From NCBI RefSeq assembly GCF_001194135.2, contig NC_068981.1, positions 97,938,931 to 98,002,930 on the forward strand: DNA of 64,000 bases, given 5' to 3'. Position numbers and translations under genes: made by a program. Within the stretch, counting starts at the first letter, position 1, and every line of letters starts with the position of its first letter. The notes below the pieces were generated by a model, which was not told the DNA's origin, searched no databases, and saw only the letters and a program-made list of their open reading frames with translations. This document shows, in pieces, positions 14,074 to 28,972 of the stretch. Source of the DNA: Octopus bimaculoides (lineage: Eukaryota).

Positions 14074-14139
14074 TTAGACCTCTAGCTTGCTAGACTGGTT
14101 ATTGATGAATGGCTCATTCCACATGCGACGCAAGTCACC
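14074..14139 (-). CDS. SPPL3: SPPL3 last coding exon (66 nt): [21 protein letters not shown]
   Basis: Acceptor ttgttgccag; TAA at 14076-14074; GDLRRMW.EPF conserved. Confidence 0.95.
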   Translation of the reverse strand, partial: GDLRRMWNEPFINNQSSKLEV

Positions 14140-14320
14140 CTGGCAACAAAGAAAACAGAATTCTCCATTAACATATAGGTGTAACATTTATGTCTACAAT
14201 ATGTAAATAGTATGGGTGGTATTCATGTGTACACACATACACACGTGTAGAGAGTCAACAGATGAGATCCAGAGATGCTTAGTTTTATTTATTATTTGCA
14301 TCATTATCTCTCTCTCTCTC

Positions 14321-14362
<42 letters not shown>

Positions 14363-16810
14363 ATTCTGGCATACAATATGTGAAATAGATGCTAATGTAT
14401 GTGGAAAACATGTAGCATTCATATGTGATGTATGTGTTGAAGACAATCAGTGCTGAGATTTACACTTGTGCTTACAATTTGATGTGGAGTATATGTATGT
14501 GCACAGTTTAAACATGTAGATACCAATGAAATCATGAGTGAAATGCAGTAGATAAAAGCAGTGTGGTACCAACCTTGAGGTATGCCATAGTCAGCAGAGG
14601 AAGCAGTGTAAAAGGGACTAGGTAGAGAAGAGCAGGCTGTGCTGCTTTGAATACCTCTGATGACACGGTGGCAGTCAACAGACCTGCAAAGACAAATCAT
14701 TGACATTAACATCATCAAAGACTAAACAGGTGAATATATTGTGGTGGATATAGTGAGATGGTTTCCTCTACCCCTGGCAGATAGGTGATATGTTATAAAC
14801 TACAAATATTTTGACAAGTAGTAGCCTGTAGTTGTAAGGACTGCAAAGTCCTTACAACTGACGCTCTGACATTTAGACTAAATTACATCTGTTGTTTAAC
14901 CAATCCTCTGATCAAAGGCATTTAAGCTGTAGCTATCCTATGCGTTTTTTGTGGGGGTTTTTAAAGGATACCATAGGACTATATTATCTATTAAGTCTCT
15001 TGTTCTCAAATCAGATGGAGAGAAATCATGTGTGTATGTGTGTGTGCGCGTGTATGCATGCATGCATATATCTATGTGTGTGTCTTTGTGTCTGTTCCCC
15101 CCTTACCACTTGACAACTCGTGTTGGTGTGTTTACGTCCCCATAACTTAGCAGTTCGGCACAAGAGACCAATAGAGTAAGTACTAGGCTTTATAAAAATA
15201 GGTCTTGGGGTCAATTTGTTTGGCTAAAACAAGTAAAAGAATATGATTGTTTATTTTTAGAATGACAATGTAGGGTAGATGTAAGAGGCTAGACCTGGCC
15301 ATTTAGAACAAAAAAAAAACACATAGAATGCTTGGGCTGGATATGGCCAGTTTAAATGTTAAAGGGTTAAAGCAGATCCAAAGTACTTCCAGTTGTGATC
15401 ATTCTATCTCTTATTTAATTTTTCTGGGGTCTTTTTCAGGCACTGTACATCTAAGATTATTTAATGTGTTCTTTAATTTTTTTAGATGTAATTTGGAGCA
15501 ATTTGGCTGTTAGAAAATGATCTTTTAGAAAAAGCAATCTGGCTGCTTTTTCTAACAGATCATGCAACCACATTTTGAATCTCCCTATTGATTTAAATGT
15601 TAGTCTGTTGGTCAGGTTTCATACAGGGTAACCTAATGGTATGATATGATGTCATATGATGCCAGGTGTTAGCCAATAATATTTAAGCCTGGAACTATAG
15701 CAGAAGACATTTTCCTAAGGTGCCACACAGTGGGATTGAACCTAGAATCATGTGGTTTGGAAGCAAACTTCTTAGTGTGTGCGCACACACGTACACATGT
15801 GCACGTATGTATATATATATATATATATATAGGTGTGAGAAAGTTGGTATGTGAAAGCACATGGTTGGATGTATAAAAGATAATAAGAGTGAAAAAACTA
15901 CAGAAGGTTTGTGTTACATGGTTAAAGTATATATTTGAATTATGTCAGAAAAATGTTAGAAAAATGGGATCTTTTTTAAAACGGGGGCCACATTTTTCAT
16001 TAATGTTTTACGTAGTGTTTTTGGTACGGAAAGACTTTCAAACTTCGTATACTTATCTATTTTGTGTTATAGAACAGAAAAATATTTTTGTATTCGAATT
16101 TNNNNNNNNNNNNNNNNNNNNNNNNNNNNNNNNNNNNNNNNNNNNNNNNNNNNNNNNNNNNNNNNNNNNNNNNNNNNNNNNNNNNNNNNNNNNNNNNNNN
16201 NNNNNNNNNNNNNNNNNNNNNNNNNNNNNNNNNNNNNNNNNNNNNNNNNNNNNNNNNNNNNNNNNNNNNNNNNNNNNNNNNNNNNNNNNNNNNNNNNNNN
16301 NNNNNNNNNNNNNNNNNNNNNNNNNNNNNNNNNNNNNNNNNNNNNNNNNNNNNNNNNNNNNNNNNNNNNNNNNNNNNNNNNNNNNNNNNNNNNNNNNNNN
16401 NNNNNNNNNNNNNNNNNNNNNNNNNNNNNNNNNNNNNNNNNNNNNNNNNNNNNNNNNNNNNNNNNNNNNNNNNNNNNNNNNNNNNNNNNNNNNNNNNNNN
16501 NNNNNNNNNNNNNNNNNNNNNNNNNNNNNNNNNNNNNNNNNNNNNNNNNNNNNNNNNNNNNNNNNNNNNNNNNNNNNNNNNNNNNNNNNNNNNNNNNNNN
16601 NNNNNNNNNNNNNNNNNNNNNNNNNNNGAGCGAACACGTTACAATGAAGTAGAGAAATTTGAAAAGACAACACGAAACCGGTTATTTCTCAAAATACAAT
16701 GTTTATATACCAAAAAGATTTTATAACATTTTTCTAACATTTTTCTGACATAATTCAAATATATACTTTAACCATGTAACACAAGCCTTCTGTAGTTTTT
16801 TCACTCTTAT

Positions 16811-16855
<45 letters not shown>

Positions 16856-17331
16856 TATATATATAAAAATAACCCGATGGACAGAGTCACACACAAGTGT
16901 TCAACTGCTACCCCCATTGCAGTAGGTCTTCCTTTCATCAAGTAGAACAAACCAGAACTAGCCAACAACATCACAACCATAACAGAAATAAAAGCTGTAG
17001 ATTAACCTGACAAAGTCTTTCCTATAAACACCATTGCCATAGATACAGATCTTTAATATGAATACTGCCATTACAAGTCATCAAAACAGCAGGCTCACCA
17101 ATATCACTAAGTATTCAAATTCTTTAAACACAAATTATTGATTTTTTTCAATTCAATCTTATCTGGTAAGAATTTTATCAATAGCTATATGAAAACTGAT
17201 CACATTCATTGGGAAATTATATTAGAAAATAGGCATTTCTGAACAACATTACATTTACTCTCCTTTTAATTGAATATTTCCCAATAGACAGACTAAACAA
17301 AAACATCACTTATAAAAGACCCTAAATAAGT

Positions 17332-17413
<82 letters not shown>

Positions 17414-20400
17414 CACACACAAACACATATGTGCATACATATATATATATATATATATACATTATACACACACACACAAAAAACATTGTGTGTGTGTGTG
17501 AATCTCAAAATTCTTTGTCTCTAAATTGACAGGCCTCTTATCCCATTGGTCAGCTAACCATAACCTGGAACTTTGTAGGGCCAAAGTTGTGAAAAATCTG
17601 CAGCCACTACATTAACAAAAAGACAAAACAGGACAAAAACAAAATCCTGCATCAATAATATGAGATAAACTCTTTGTATGATTGCTAAGAGAGCTTGAAG
17701 TGTTCATGGAATTTTCCACAAGGAATATAGCAGATCTACAACTGGCCACATTAATACAACAAAACTGAAATGAGCTCCTTATTAAATGAAATCCTCTAAA
17801 TTTCTCTAGAAAGTATTGCATTTAACATACCCTACATTATACAACAAGTATGTTTACAAATTTTCCAGTTACAGTTACACACTCTACATTATGCAATAAA
17901 TCTAGGAACTGCTTATTTAGTTAGATTACCATTTTATGAAGGGCCTCTGTGGGTCAGGTTTCACCATGTTTTAGTTAGATGATTCTTTAGAGTAGAACAT
18001 TTTGATGCTCTACTACTATCTTCTATAATAGATTTTGGATTGGACTGAGCTTATTTTTCGGCTAAATTGTTCTTATCTTAACTGAGCAAAACTTTGATCA
18101 AAGGCATTCCAACTATGGCCATCCATTCTTTGACCCTTTGCCTGTCCTATACATTATACATTTTCCTGTTGTCCATGCACCATATATTATGCACATTCCC
18201 AATTTTTTCACCCACCAGAGTAACTTGGGACTTATGAAAGGAAGGCCTTTTATTACTCAGAACTTATGAAATGTGGTCGAATAAAAAGTCTGAAAACAAG
18301 CAGTCATGGGCATGGTCATTTCTTTTTTTCTGTTGTTTTTGGGTTTTTGAAGAAGAAGAAGAAGAAGAAGACTAGTAGTGGTCCATATATGCAAGTTTAC
18401 TCACTCTATGCTGATGCAGTTTGACACTAGGGTCAGGTTTTGAAAAAAAGAGCCAGAAAAGGCATCTGAAAGAATCCTGGCCAAAGTTCTAACAGTACTG
18501 CCAATCCATTGTCCTAGATTAATAATTATTTTTATCAACCCTGAAAGTTATTCCAGAAAGAGGTGAACTCACAGCACTGAAAGTTAGAACAAGTAAGTTA
18601 GAACATCAGTCTACCTGATGTTCTAAAGACTCTGCCAATTTGCCATCTTAATTAGTTCAATAAATCTAGGATCAGCTTTTTCTAATTGCATTATAGTGAT
18701 TATCTACTATAATACTCTCGTGTCTTTCTCCGTCACAACATATGAATGAGAAAGCAAGGGGTGAAAAAAAAAATCAAACAGCATTTCAACTCTGTGTAAG
18801 TATAGAGTGTGTATGTAAAAAGGGAGGTATGTGAATGTGTGTGTGTGTGTGTGTGTGTGCATTGGAAGTGGAATGGTGAATATTCAATGCTAAAAAGAAA
18901 AAGAAAATGGTGTTTCAACTCTGTCTGAGTATATGTGTGAACTAGTGTTCTTTTGTCACACCTCAAAGGACAACCACTAGGTAACATTGACAAGTGTATT
19001 AATATGATTTACCATCCATATTCTATCTGTTTTGTTAAAAATAATTATTACAATCACACACATCTACACAAATATATACAAACTTATTAGAGAAAATAAT
19101 TATTGCCTGAGTGTATCAAGAATATAAAATGACTGTAGCTGAAAAGTATATAATAAATACATATATTTATCTTGTTTTTAATTGCTTCATTCATTCAAAC
19201 TCCTCTATTCTCTAAAATAATTCTTTCTTGTTTGTTCTGCCCCTACAATGACTAACCTTGTTTCTTGGCTACATGTATATACGTATTTCGTATTTTTCTC
19301 TAAAATAATTCTTTGTTTGCTCTATCCCTTAAAATCACTTCTCATGTACGTGGTTGTGACCACCCTTTCCCACCCCCACCACCAATACCAGAAATCTCTT
19401 TCTCTTACCGGACATCCAGTTGTCCTTCCCCTCTCTCCTCTTATACTGGTAATCTTGCTGTCCTCTCCTTTCTCCCCCACATCTCAGGACTAACTAAACA
19501 AGATAGCAGCCCACTTACTCTCTCTCTTTCTTTTTTAATATTTATATCTGCAGCATCAGTAATGCTTACACCCACAGTGCTCATATTTACAACACCCAAA
19601 CACTTTCATATACAATGCTTCCTTACTCCCACCCCCAACAGAGGCAACAACCTTAACAATTCTAACATGTTTGAATGATGGTAGGTTAAAAGCAAGAACA
19701 ACTATTATGACATCTGCTGCCAAACAATCACAGGAACCTTCTTTTCAGGTGCTGAATAACATCTCTCCTTCCCGTGTTACCTCCCATATCTCTTTCCCAG
19801 TTTTCAGAATTGGCACTGTAAATGTAGGTACATCCAAAGGTAGGCCTAGTGAGATTGTAGAGACGTGCTGATGTATGTTGCGTACAAGAGGTAAGGTGGA
19901 GAAGAGCTTCAGCCAGAGTCCTCACAGGCAAAGCACATAGGTACAAACTCTTCTGGGAAGGTAATAGTGATGGAAGAGGGGATGTGGGCATACTTCTTAC
20001 AGAGAAATGGGTGGATAAGATTATAGAGGTAGTGAGGGTGTGTGATAGCGTACTTAAACTCAGGCTAGTCTTGCAGAATGGCATATCCCCACAAGGGGGC
20101 CTACCACATGAACAAAAGGATCACTTTTATGATATTCTTCTGCAGGCTATCCTCAAAGACAAGTGATGGTGACCTCATCTTTGTGGCTGGAGATTTTAAT
20201 GGGCATATCAGACAGGAACCTGCTATCTTCCATGGTGTATATAGGGGCCATGGAGTTGGTACCAGAAATGAAGAGGGAACTAGGCTCCTGGAGTTCTGCA
20301 ATGCAAATAGCCTATTGACCTGCAACACCAACTTCAGGAAACCAGCTAGTGACCTGACAACCTATCAATCAGGTGACTCTGCTAGACACATTGATTTCAT

Positions 20401-23400
20401 TCTCACCAGACAGCAGGATGCATGGTTGCTCTTAAATACAAAAACCCTCCCTGGTGAAGAATGTACCCCCCACCCCACCCAGCATAGACTAGTTATTAGT
20501 GACTTTAGACTTGAGGCCAGAAGGATGCCAAAAAGCAGACCAATCTGGAAAAGAAGGATTTGGAAGCTTAACAATCCTTCACATGGTCAGAGATTTAGGG
20601 ATATCCTTACCGAGAAATTTGATGATAGGGAGGAGGAGCTACAGCCCTGTGACATAGAAGGCAGCTGGGAATTCCTGTAAGACAGCTTGCTGACTGCCAC
20701 AGGCCAAATCTGTGGCTAGAGCAAAGTCCCTTCCAGACCTAGGGTAACATGGTGGTGGAACAATACTGTAGACAGGGCCATTAGAGAAACAGGTTTGGAA
20801 GGCCTAGAAGAGTGGGGGTAGCAGGAGAATGTATCAGATATCCAAAAAGGAAGCTAGAAGACAGGTATATATAGCCAAAGGAGTGGCAGAAAAGAAGAAG
20901 TTTGCCAATGTTCAGCTACGTGAGGACCAAAGAACTGAAGTATTTCGGATTGCAAGACAGTGTGTGTGAGAAAATTGTGATGTCACAGGAGAGAAATGTG
21001 TTTGCATGGAAGATGGTGCACTTGCTTTTAATGATTCTGAAAAGAAAGAGGCCTGGAGAAACCAGTGGAGAATGAATGGGAGGAGGAGAGTCTGCCAAAG
21101 GTTGACCCAATTGAGGTACCAGCTACCCGAATCGACAGTACCCTGGTAGACAAAGCAATTAAGGATATGAAGACAGGGAAAGCACCTGACCCATCAGGAA
21201 TCATCACTGAGATGTTTAAAATATCGGGCGATGTGGGTTATGGTCTTGTCACCGGCATCATAAATCAGGTAGGTAGTTCATGAAGGAGTCATATCCAATG
21301 ACTGGTGTAGCAGCACCATAGTCAACTGCTACAAGGGTAAAGGTGATGCTTTAGATCGAAATAACTACAGGGGTATTAAATTATTGGATCAGGTGATGAA
21401 AGTTACAGAGAGGATCATAGCCCAACTAATTAGGGAAAGAGTTAGCCTAGATGAGATGCAGTTTGGTTTCGTAACAGGCAGAAGCATCACTGATGCTATA
21501 TTTCTGGCAAGGCAACTGCAGGAGAAATATCTAGCCAAAGATAAACCTCTGTACTTGGCTTTTGTTGACTTGAAGAAAGCCTTTGACAGGGCCCCTTATC
21601 CCTTATTTGGTGGTCAATTCGGAAACTGAGGATAGATGAGCGGTTGGTAAGAGTGTCTTGCTCGAGAATACAACACAGCCTAGTCCAGGAATCAAACCCA
21701 CTACCTCATGGTTGTGAGCCTGACACTCTAACCACTGAGCCATACGTCTTCACAAGTAGAACTATAATCTAACTGAAAAAGCAGTTCCAAGATCTATTGC
21801 ATAATATAGAGTGTGTAATTGTAAACAAGCTGGAAAACTTGTACACAGATTCACTGTATAGTGAAGGGTACATTATGTGTAATATCTTCCAGGGAAGTTC
21901 AAGGGATTCACCTAACAGTTATGTTGAATTAATGTGGACAGTTGTGGCTTTACTATATTCCTTGTGGAAAGTGAAATACTTTGCATTACATACAGACACA
22001 CACAAAATCTGTGATCAATTTCCTGTATAAAATCTAAAGAGTTGATCTTTAGATCATTACTCATGTCACCCCCACCCTAATGGCATAATGACCTATATTT
22101 TACTTCCACAAAAGTTGACCTCCATATCAAACAAACAACAATCTATCAACTTAATGACTTGCTGATGAGTTGTTTCTCGGGCAACCCACTTCTCAAAAGT
22201 GGCTGCCTGTGCCTGGTTTAACCCTTTAGCATTTTAAACCAGCCAAATCCGGTTCAAATATTCAACATGTTCTTGCATTCAAACTGGTCGTATCTAACCT
22301 CTCATCCGTAACCTACACTAACATTCTAAAAACAGTCATATCACTGAAATCTCAAAGTTATAAGATACTTCATGATTAATTAATTTGACAGAGTAATCTG
22401 AACACTAAAGGATTAAAATATCAATGGACCCCTTCCTAGTTCATTTGCTCCAACAACAATTTCAAAACTCTCTCTCTCTCCCTCTTTATCTATCTATCTA
22501 TCTATCTGTATCTCTTTCTCTCTTTATCTATCTAGCTATCTGTATCTCTCTCCCCACCCTCTACAGCAGGGGTCGGGGAACTTTTTTAATCAATTACCCT
22601 AAAATATATTTATGTCAATGTTACCCCCGTCAAAAAGAAGAAAATCATAGATTCTTTGGATTCAAAAGGTTTATTGAATCTATTCATATGGAGAATACAA
22701 TTATAAATATAAAAAGTATAAAACAAATGCAATAAAATAAATTAATACCCTCATTATGAAACAAAAGGATTTTTCTAAAAACTTTTTCATTTCAGGTTCA
22801 CACACCCCTTCAGGTAGGTGGCCCTGCTTGATCTGTAGAAAAGGTGTAGGTAGAAACTCCATAATGATGTACCCAGTGTAAGCTACGGACACATAAGAAG
22901 TGCAGCAACATCAAAGGAAGATTAACCAGGAAGATAGCTTTTACGTGTAACAGATGCACAGGGGCAATAAACACCACAGGTGCTCAGAAAACAGACTCCA
23001 TCACATGCCAGGGGGAGAAACTAGAAGTAGTTGATAGCTTCCGCTACCTGGGCGACCAAGTCTGTAGTGGGGGTGGTTGCTCTGAGAGTGTAGCGACTAG
23101 AATAAGAATAGCCTGGGCAAAGTTCAGAAAGCTTCTACCCCTACTGGTGACAAAGGGCCTCTTGCTCACAGTGAAAGGTAGATTGTATGATGTATGTGTG
23201 TGAACTGACATGCTTCACGGCAGTGGAACATGGGCCATGACTGCTGAGGACATACATAGGCTTGAAAGAAATGAAGCTAGCATGATCCGCTGGATGTGTA
23301 ATGTCAGTGTGCACACATGACAGAGTGTAAGTGCCCTGAGAGAAATGTTAGACATAAGAAGCATGGAAAATCCTTGTTCGCAAAGGTAGGTTTTTTTAAA

Positions 23401-26400
23401 AGGCAGCAACTTTTTGACTGCCTCCTCGTGCCAGAAGAACAATTTCTGCCGTAACAAGGAACACATTTTTTTAAATATAATTTTACTTATGTCTAATAAA
23501 TCCTCATTACCCCCAAGAATTTCATTTTTACTCCACTTGGGGTAATTTACCCCTGTTTGCTGATCCCTTCTCTACAGTGTCTACCTCTCTGAGTCTCTCT
23601 GCTTATTGACAACTGAACATTTAAAGAATATTGAATGTTTCTGCTGGAGAATAAATTTTACTTGTTGAAAAAAAATAAGCTGAAGGAGACAAAAGTTAAT
23701 AAATAAGGAACAAAGTTAGAGACTCACCTAAAAAATACCCTATTAAAGAGCAATGGAAATATGTGATCTTTTGAATGGTATTGATGGGTTGTGGGATTCC
23801 TGCCTCAATGCTGTTCAGCTGAGACTTCTTGTACGCGTCATACCTTAGCACAAAACACAGCAGTAAACCAGGCATAACCTACAAAGAAATTACATTTGCA
23901 TATATAGATTAGACATTTTCTACACAAGGCCTGCAATATTAGAATGCATTGCAACATAAAACATAGCATGTAATTTAACTACATGATGTGTGGGCAATAG
24001 AGTGAGGAAAAGAGAGAGAGGGAATAAAAGAGTGTTTGTGTGTGTGTGTGAGAGAGAGAGAGAGTGATGACCTATCATAGTTACAAAAGAAGTTTAAAGC
24101 ATATTCTTTCAGCCATCCACATTTTATGTGTCAAACATGTTTTATACATTACAATTTAAAAATAGATGAAAATATGCTTAGGCGTGTGTGTGTGTGTTTA
24201 TACATATATGTGAATGTATATACATATATATATTTATACACACATACACACACACAATAACACAAACATATATATACACACAACATTCGTATATATATGT
24301 ACATATCTACATGCACATATATCTATATACATATCAGTTAGCATCCATAAATAGAGAGATAGATGCATACATACGTTCCACACTTACATAATTTAAATAT
24401 GAATGTGTATATTTACATGTATACATATACACGTGCTTATAGCTGAGTATACATATCATTTATATCTAAAGAGATATATGCTTTGAGTAAACTAAGTAGT
24501 TAGCATGCAGCTATTTCATCAAACAGACTTATAGTTAAATATTTCAAATGATTATAGGGGTAAAACTCTCATATATACTTACATAATCATATACCTTCAT
24601 ATACTTCATACATGTATAAGTATGATACATCTAAACACTAATTTGTAATGTCAAAACAAATATAAAGAAGGCTCACTAATAATTAAATAGATATGTAATT
24701 ATATTCTCTATATGTTTGCCCAAGTATTTCATTAAATGCCATTAAGTAGTATGACACTTATATACATAATTAAATAATGAAATATTTTCAGCATAAGTAT
24801 TTGCTTTAGAAAATTTGACAAAGGATTTAACAAGTTTGTACATGAATTATATATATCATCATCATCTTCATTTAATGTCCGTTTTCAATGTTATGGGTTG
24901 GATGGTTTGACAGGAGCTGGTTAGCCAGAAGTCTGCACCAAGCTCCACAGTCTGCTATGGCATGATTTCTACAGTTTGATGTCTTTTTTAATGCCAACCA
25001 CTTTACAGAGAGAACTGTTGCCTTTTATGTGGCAATAACACTGGCAAGGTCAATAAATAACTTACAAGAAAAGACTCCCTTCACTGAGAGGTGAGTAGTA
25101 CTGAGGGCGATAGTGCTTACATAAGCCACTTTACAATTACAATAGATACTGTTCCATACACATAATATAAGTATACGAGAACATATACTCTTTTACTCTT
25201 TTACTTGTTTCAGTCATTTGACTGCGGCCATGCTGGGGCACCGCCTTTTAGTCAAGCAAATCGACCCCAGGACTTATTCTTTGTAAGCCTAGTACTTATT
25301 CTATCGGTCTCTTTTTGCCAAACCACTAAGTTAAGGGGACATAAACACACCAACCTCGGTTGTCAAGCGAAGTTGGGGGGACAAACACAGACACACAAAC
25401 ATATACACACATACATATATATATGGGCTTCTTTCAGTTTCTGTCTATCAAATCCACTCACAAGGCTTTGGTCGGCCCGAGGCTCTAGTAGAAGACACTT
25501 GCCCAAGGTGCCACGCAGTGGGACTGAACCCGAAACCATGTGGTTGGTAAGCAAGCTACTTACCACACAGCCACTCCTGCGCCTATATGACAAAGATAAA
25601 ATATTTCAAAACAGCTTTGTCTTTAGTTAACATGATTACACGTAAGTTCACTACCATCAATTCATTGCAGGAGAGTTCACCACCATCAATTTACCATGAA
25701 GAAAGTTCAATATGAGGAAAGTTTACTGAGAAAATCTATCCATAGTATCTCACCATTAATAGTTAAAAGGTGTTTTATTGAAAAGAAACAAGAGAAAAAT
25801 TTAAGTTGAAAAATTATGTCAAAAAATTTGAATGGAGAACTTTCCCTGCAGTGAACTTACCGGACATGAGTTGACCCCAACACTTACAGGTTTCACTGTG
25901 TAAATGGGTATGTAGGGGTGGATTGCCATCATTCAATAAGGATTCAGTTATTTAACTTAATTACTTGCTCCTGAATTAATATGTAAACAGAGCTGAGCAT
26001 TCCACAGACATGTGTGCCCCTTATATGATGATGACCTTCAATGTTGTTGAACAAACAATCCCAACTGATTAGGATTCACAGTATGGGTTGTACTACTCAG
26101 CCTTTCAATTACTGAATACAAAACATAGCTCAAGAGAGCCCCTGTTCGGGTGACTTTTTTCCCCTGAGTCACCATCTCACTTTTGAATGGATAATCCATT
26201 GTAAGGTTATCCATTTACAGCTGAGTGAACTGGAGCAACATGAAGTGAAGTGTTTTGCCCAAGAACACAATGCACAGTCAGCCTGGGAATCAAAAGCACA
26301 AACTTGCAATCAAGAGTGCAACACCCTAACCACAGATATGGGTGCCCCTAAAATAGGTCTCAGGCAGAATCAGTGTAACACAGAGTGTGATAAAGTCGCA

Positions 26401-28119
26401 CCTTTTGAATTACAAGTACAATCCATCTGACAAGTAGTTGCTATTTATCAAATGTCATTCAGAAAGAATGGGCTGGCCCATTCAAAATAACATTTGCATA
26501 AGATGGCACACAGTGGGATTGAATCTGGAAACTTATGGTTGCAAAGTGAACTTCTTAATCATTTAGCTATTCAGCACCTCCACCACAAGGTTGTTGTGGT
26601 GAGATGGCTGATGTGTCTCAATAACTCTGAAGCTACAGTTGTGGCCAAAAGTTTGGAACATTTTTTTTTAAATTAAAATTGTTATGCCTAAGTACAATTC
26701 AATTCAAATATATACAGTATATATATTTGGGCATTTGATGTAAAAATTCTTATTTTCAGACCTATGTTCCAAACTTTTGGCCACAACTGTATATCAGCAG
26801 AGCACATGCTCCTGGTAGGGCCTCCCATATTGGACACATCAAAGGGTAGAAGCCAGATTAATATTGAGCACCTATTCCTAGAGGCAAAAATGGGTTTGCT
26901 TATGGCCAAAGCCCATTACCTAGAAAATAGCAAGTTATAGGAGCATCAACGACAATACAAAACCAACAGAACCTGAGAGAAGAAGGCTTGAGAAGACAAC
27001 ATAGAATGAAGAACAGTGGAAAAAAAGTTATTGATAGCTTATGTTCAATAGAAAGTGAAGAGCTTAAGCAAGTATTTTGCACCTACATGGGTATGTAAAT
27101 ATGAACAAAATAAAAAATAAATAAATAGTAAAAGAAATTATAGGATATATTGACATTCAACATTCACAAAGGGGTATTGGTTTTTGATGTAACATGTAAA
27201 AGTTATTCAAATACTGAAAGTGTACACATATCAACCAACAATGTAGTACATGTAAATATGTAAAGAAGTATAAATAGAGCTGGTTTGTCGATGACATTAT
27301 TAATGCAAATTATAGATAAGTTATATATAGTAGAAGATTAATCTATTAGTGAAATTTAGTTTTGTTTATTTAGTGCATTTCTTGTATTTAATGTGCTAAC
27401 AGCAAATTTCCACCAAGCATAACTAAGTCAAATCCCAACGCAAAGAATACAATGCTGCCTTTTCCATCCATATATATACAGATACACACACACACACATA
27501 AATCATAAGCTGCACACACACACACACCTTCCTCACCATGTCTAGCTATTCCTGTCTCTTTAGCTTTAAATTACTATAAAGTTTCAGCCTTGAGCAGGAG
27601 TCATGTATCTAAACTTTAAAACAATTCTATTTTATCTACAATAAATTAATTAATATTTATAAAACTTCTTATTTACTTTCATTTTTGTATTGTGTTTGCA
27701 AGACTCATTATGTGAATTTGTATATTGAAACGAATTTTGCTTTATCTAGGGAGAGTTAATTACACCAATATTAATAATGTGGGAATTTTGACCCAGGCCA
27801 GCTTAAGGGACATGATGTTGATCTAAGATTTAAGGCTCAAATATATGTTTCCTTTTTTTGTTGTTGTGTGTAGGGAGAATCATTATGCCAATATTAATAA
27901 CACACACACCAGTTCAATTCATTTCCTTTACTATTACTCCATTGGTTAAATGTCAATCCAACTAACTGATCGTTTGTTTAACTTGTTGGTTTTTATTCTT
28001 TGTATATCCATTAAAAGCCTCATCAACTCTAATAAATTTAAAATTTAATTAATCCCCACAGTATGACAGCAGACCAAATTACTAAACAAATTTTTCCCTA
28101 CCTCAATATTTTTTACAAA

Positions 28120-28153
<34 letters not shown>

Positions 28154-28941
28154 CATGTGCGTAAGCTTTCAAAGCTTTTAGTTGAGTATAGTGATTTCAA
28201 TATTTTGTCTAAAGCTTACATTTTTTATCATGCAAGGGATGAAAGGCAGGTCAACATCAGTATAATATGGTATAACTCAGGTGGAGAGAAGCACTGCAAG
28301 ATATTTTAGTAATGTGCACCAAGTTTGTTTATCTTGTGCTAACAGACACACACATATCCACACCTGTTTCTATCTACCAAATAAATTTCAATCATACAGC
28401 TGAGCTTATACACCGACATTGCCACACAAGTGTGCTGAGCAACCTGTGGACAATACATTGCACAAATCTACAATGACACAGTTGTTGCATTGGACATGAT
28501 GTTTTACAAATTCATTGACTACTGACCGAGACCTTTGGAAATGTGCTGTGCGTGAGAAGACCCGGCAAGCCAAGTAAGATCGTTGCCAGTGCCCCTGGAC
28601 TGGTTCTTGTGCGGGTGGCACATGAGATGCACCATTTTGAGCGTGGCCGTTGCCAGTACCGCCTGACTGGCTCCTGTAGGATTTTCGAGCGAGATCGTTG
28701 CCAGTGCCCCTGGACTGGCTTGTGCGGGTGGCACATAAAAGACACCATTTCGAGCGTGGCCGTTTTCGTGCGGGTGACACGTAAAAGCACCCACTACACT
28801 CTCTGAGTGGTTGGCGTTAGGAAGGGCATCCAGCTGTAGAAACTCTGCCAAATCAGACTGGAGCCTGGTGTTGCCATCCGGTTTCACCAGTCCTCAGTCA
28901 AATCGTCCAACCCATGCTAGCATGGAAAGCAGACGTTAAAC

Positions 28942-28972
<31 letters not shown>

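Noticed and set aside
28406-28887. Overlapping GC-rich ORFs on both strands
   Set aside because: They fall in the RTE 3'UTR with an internal duplication; not a gene
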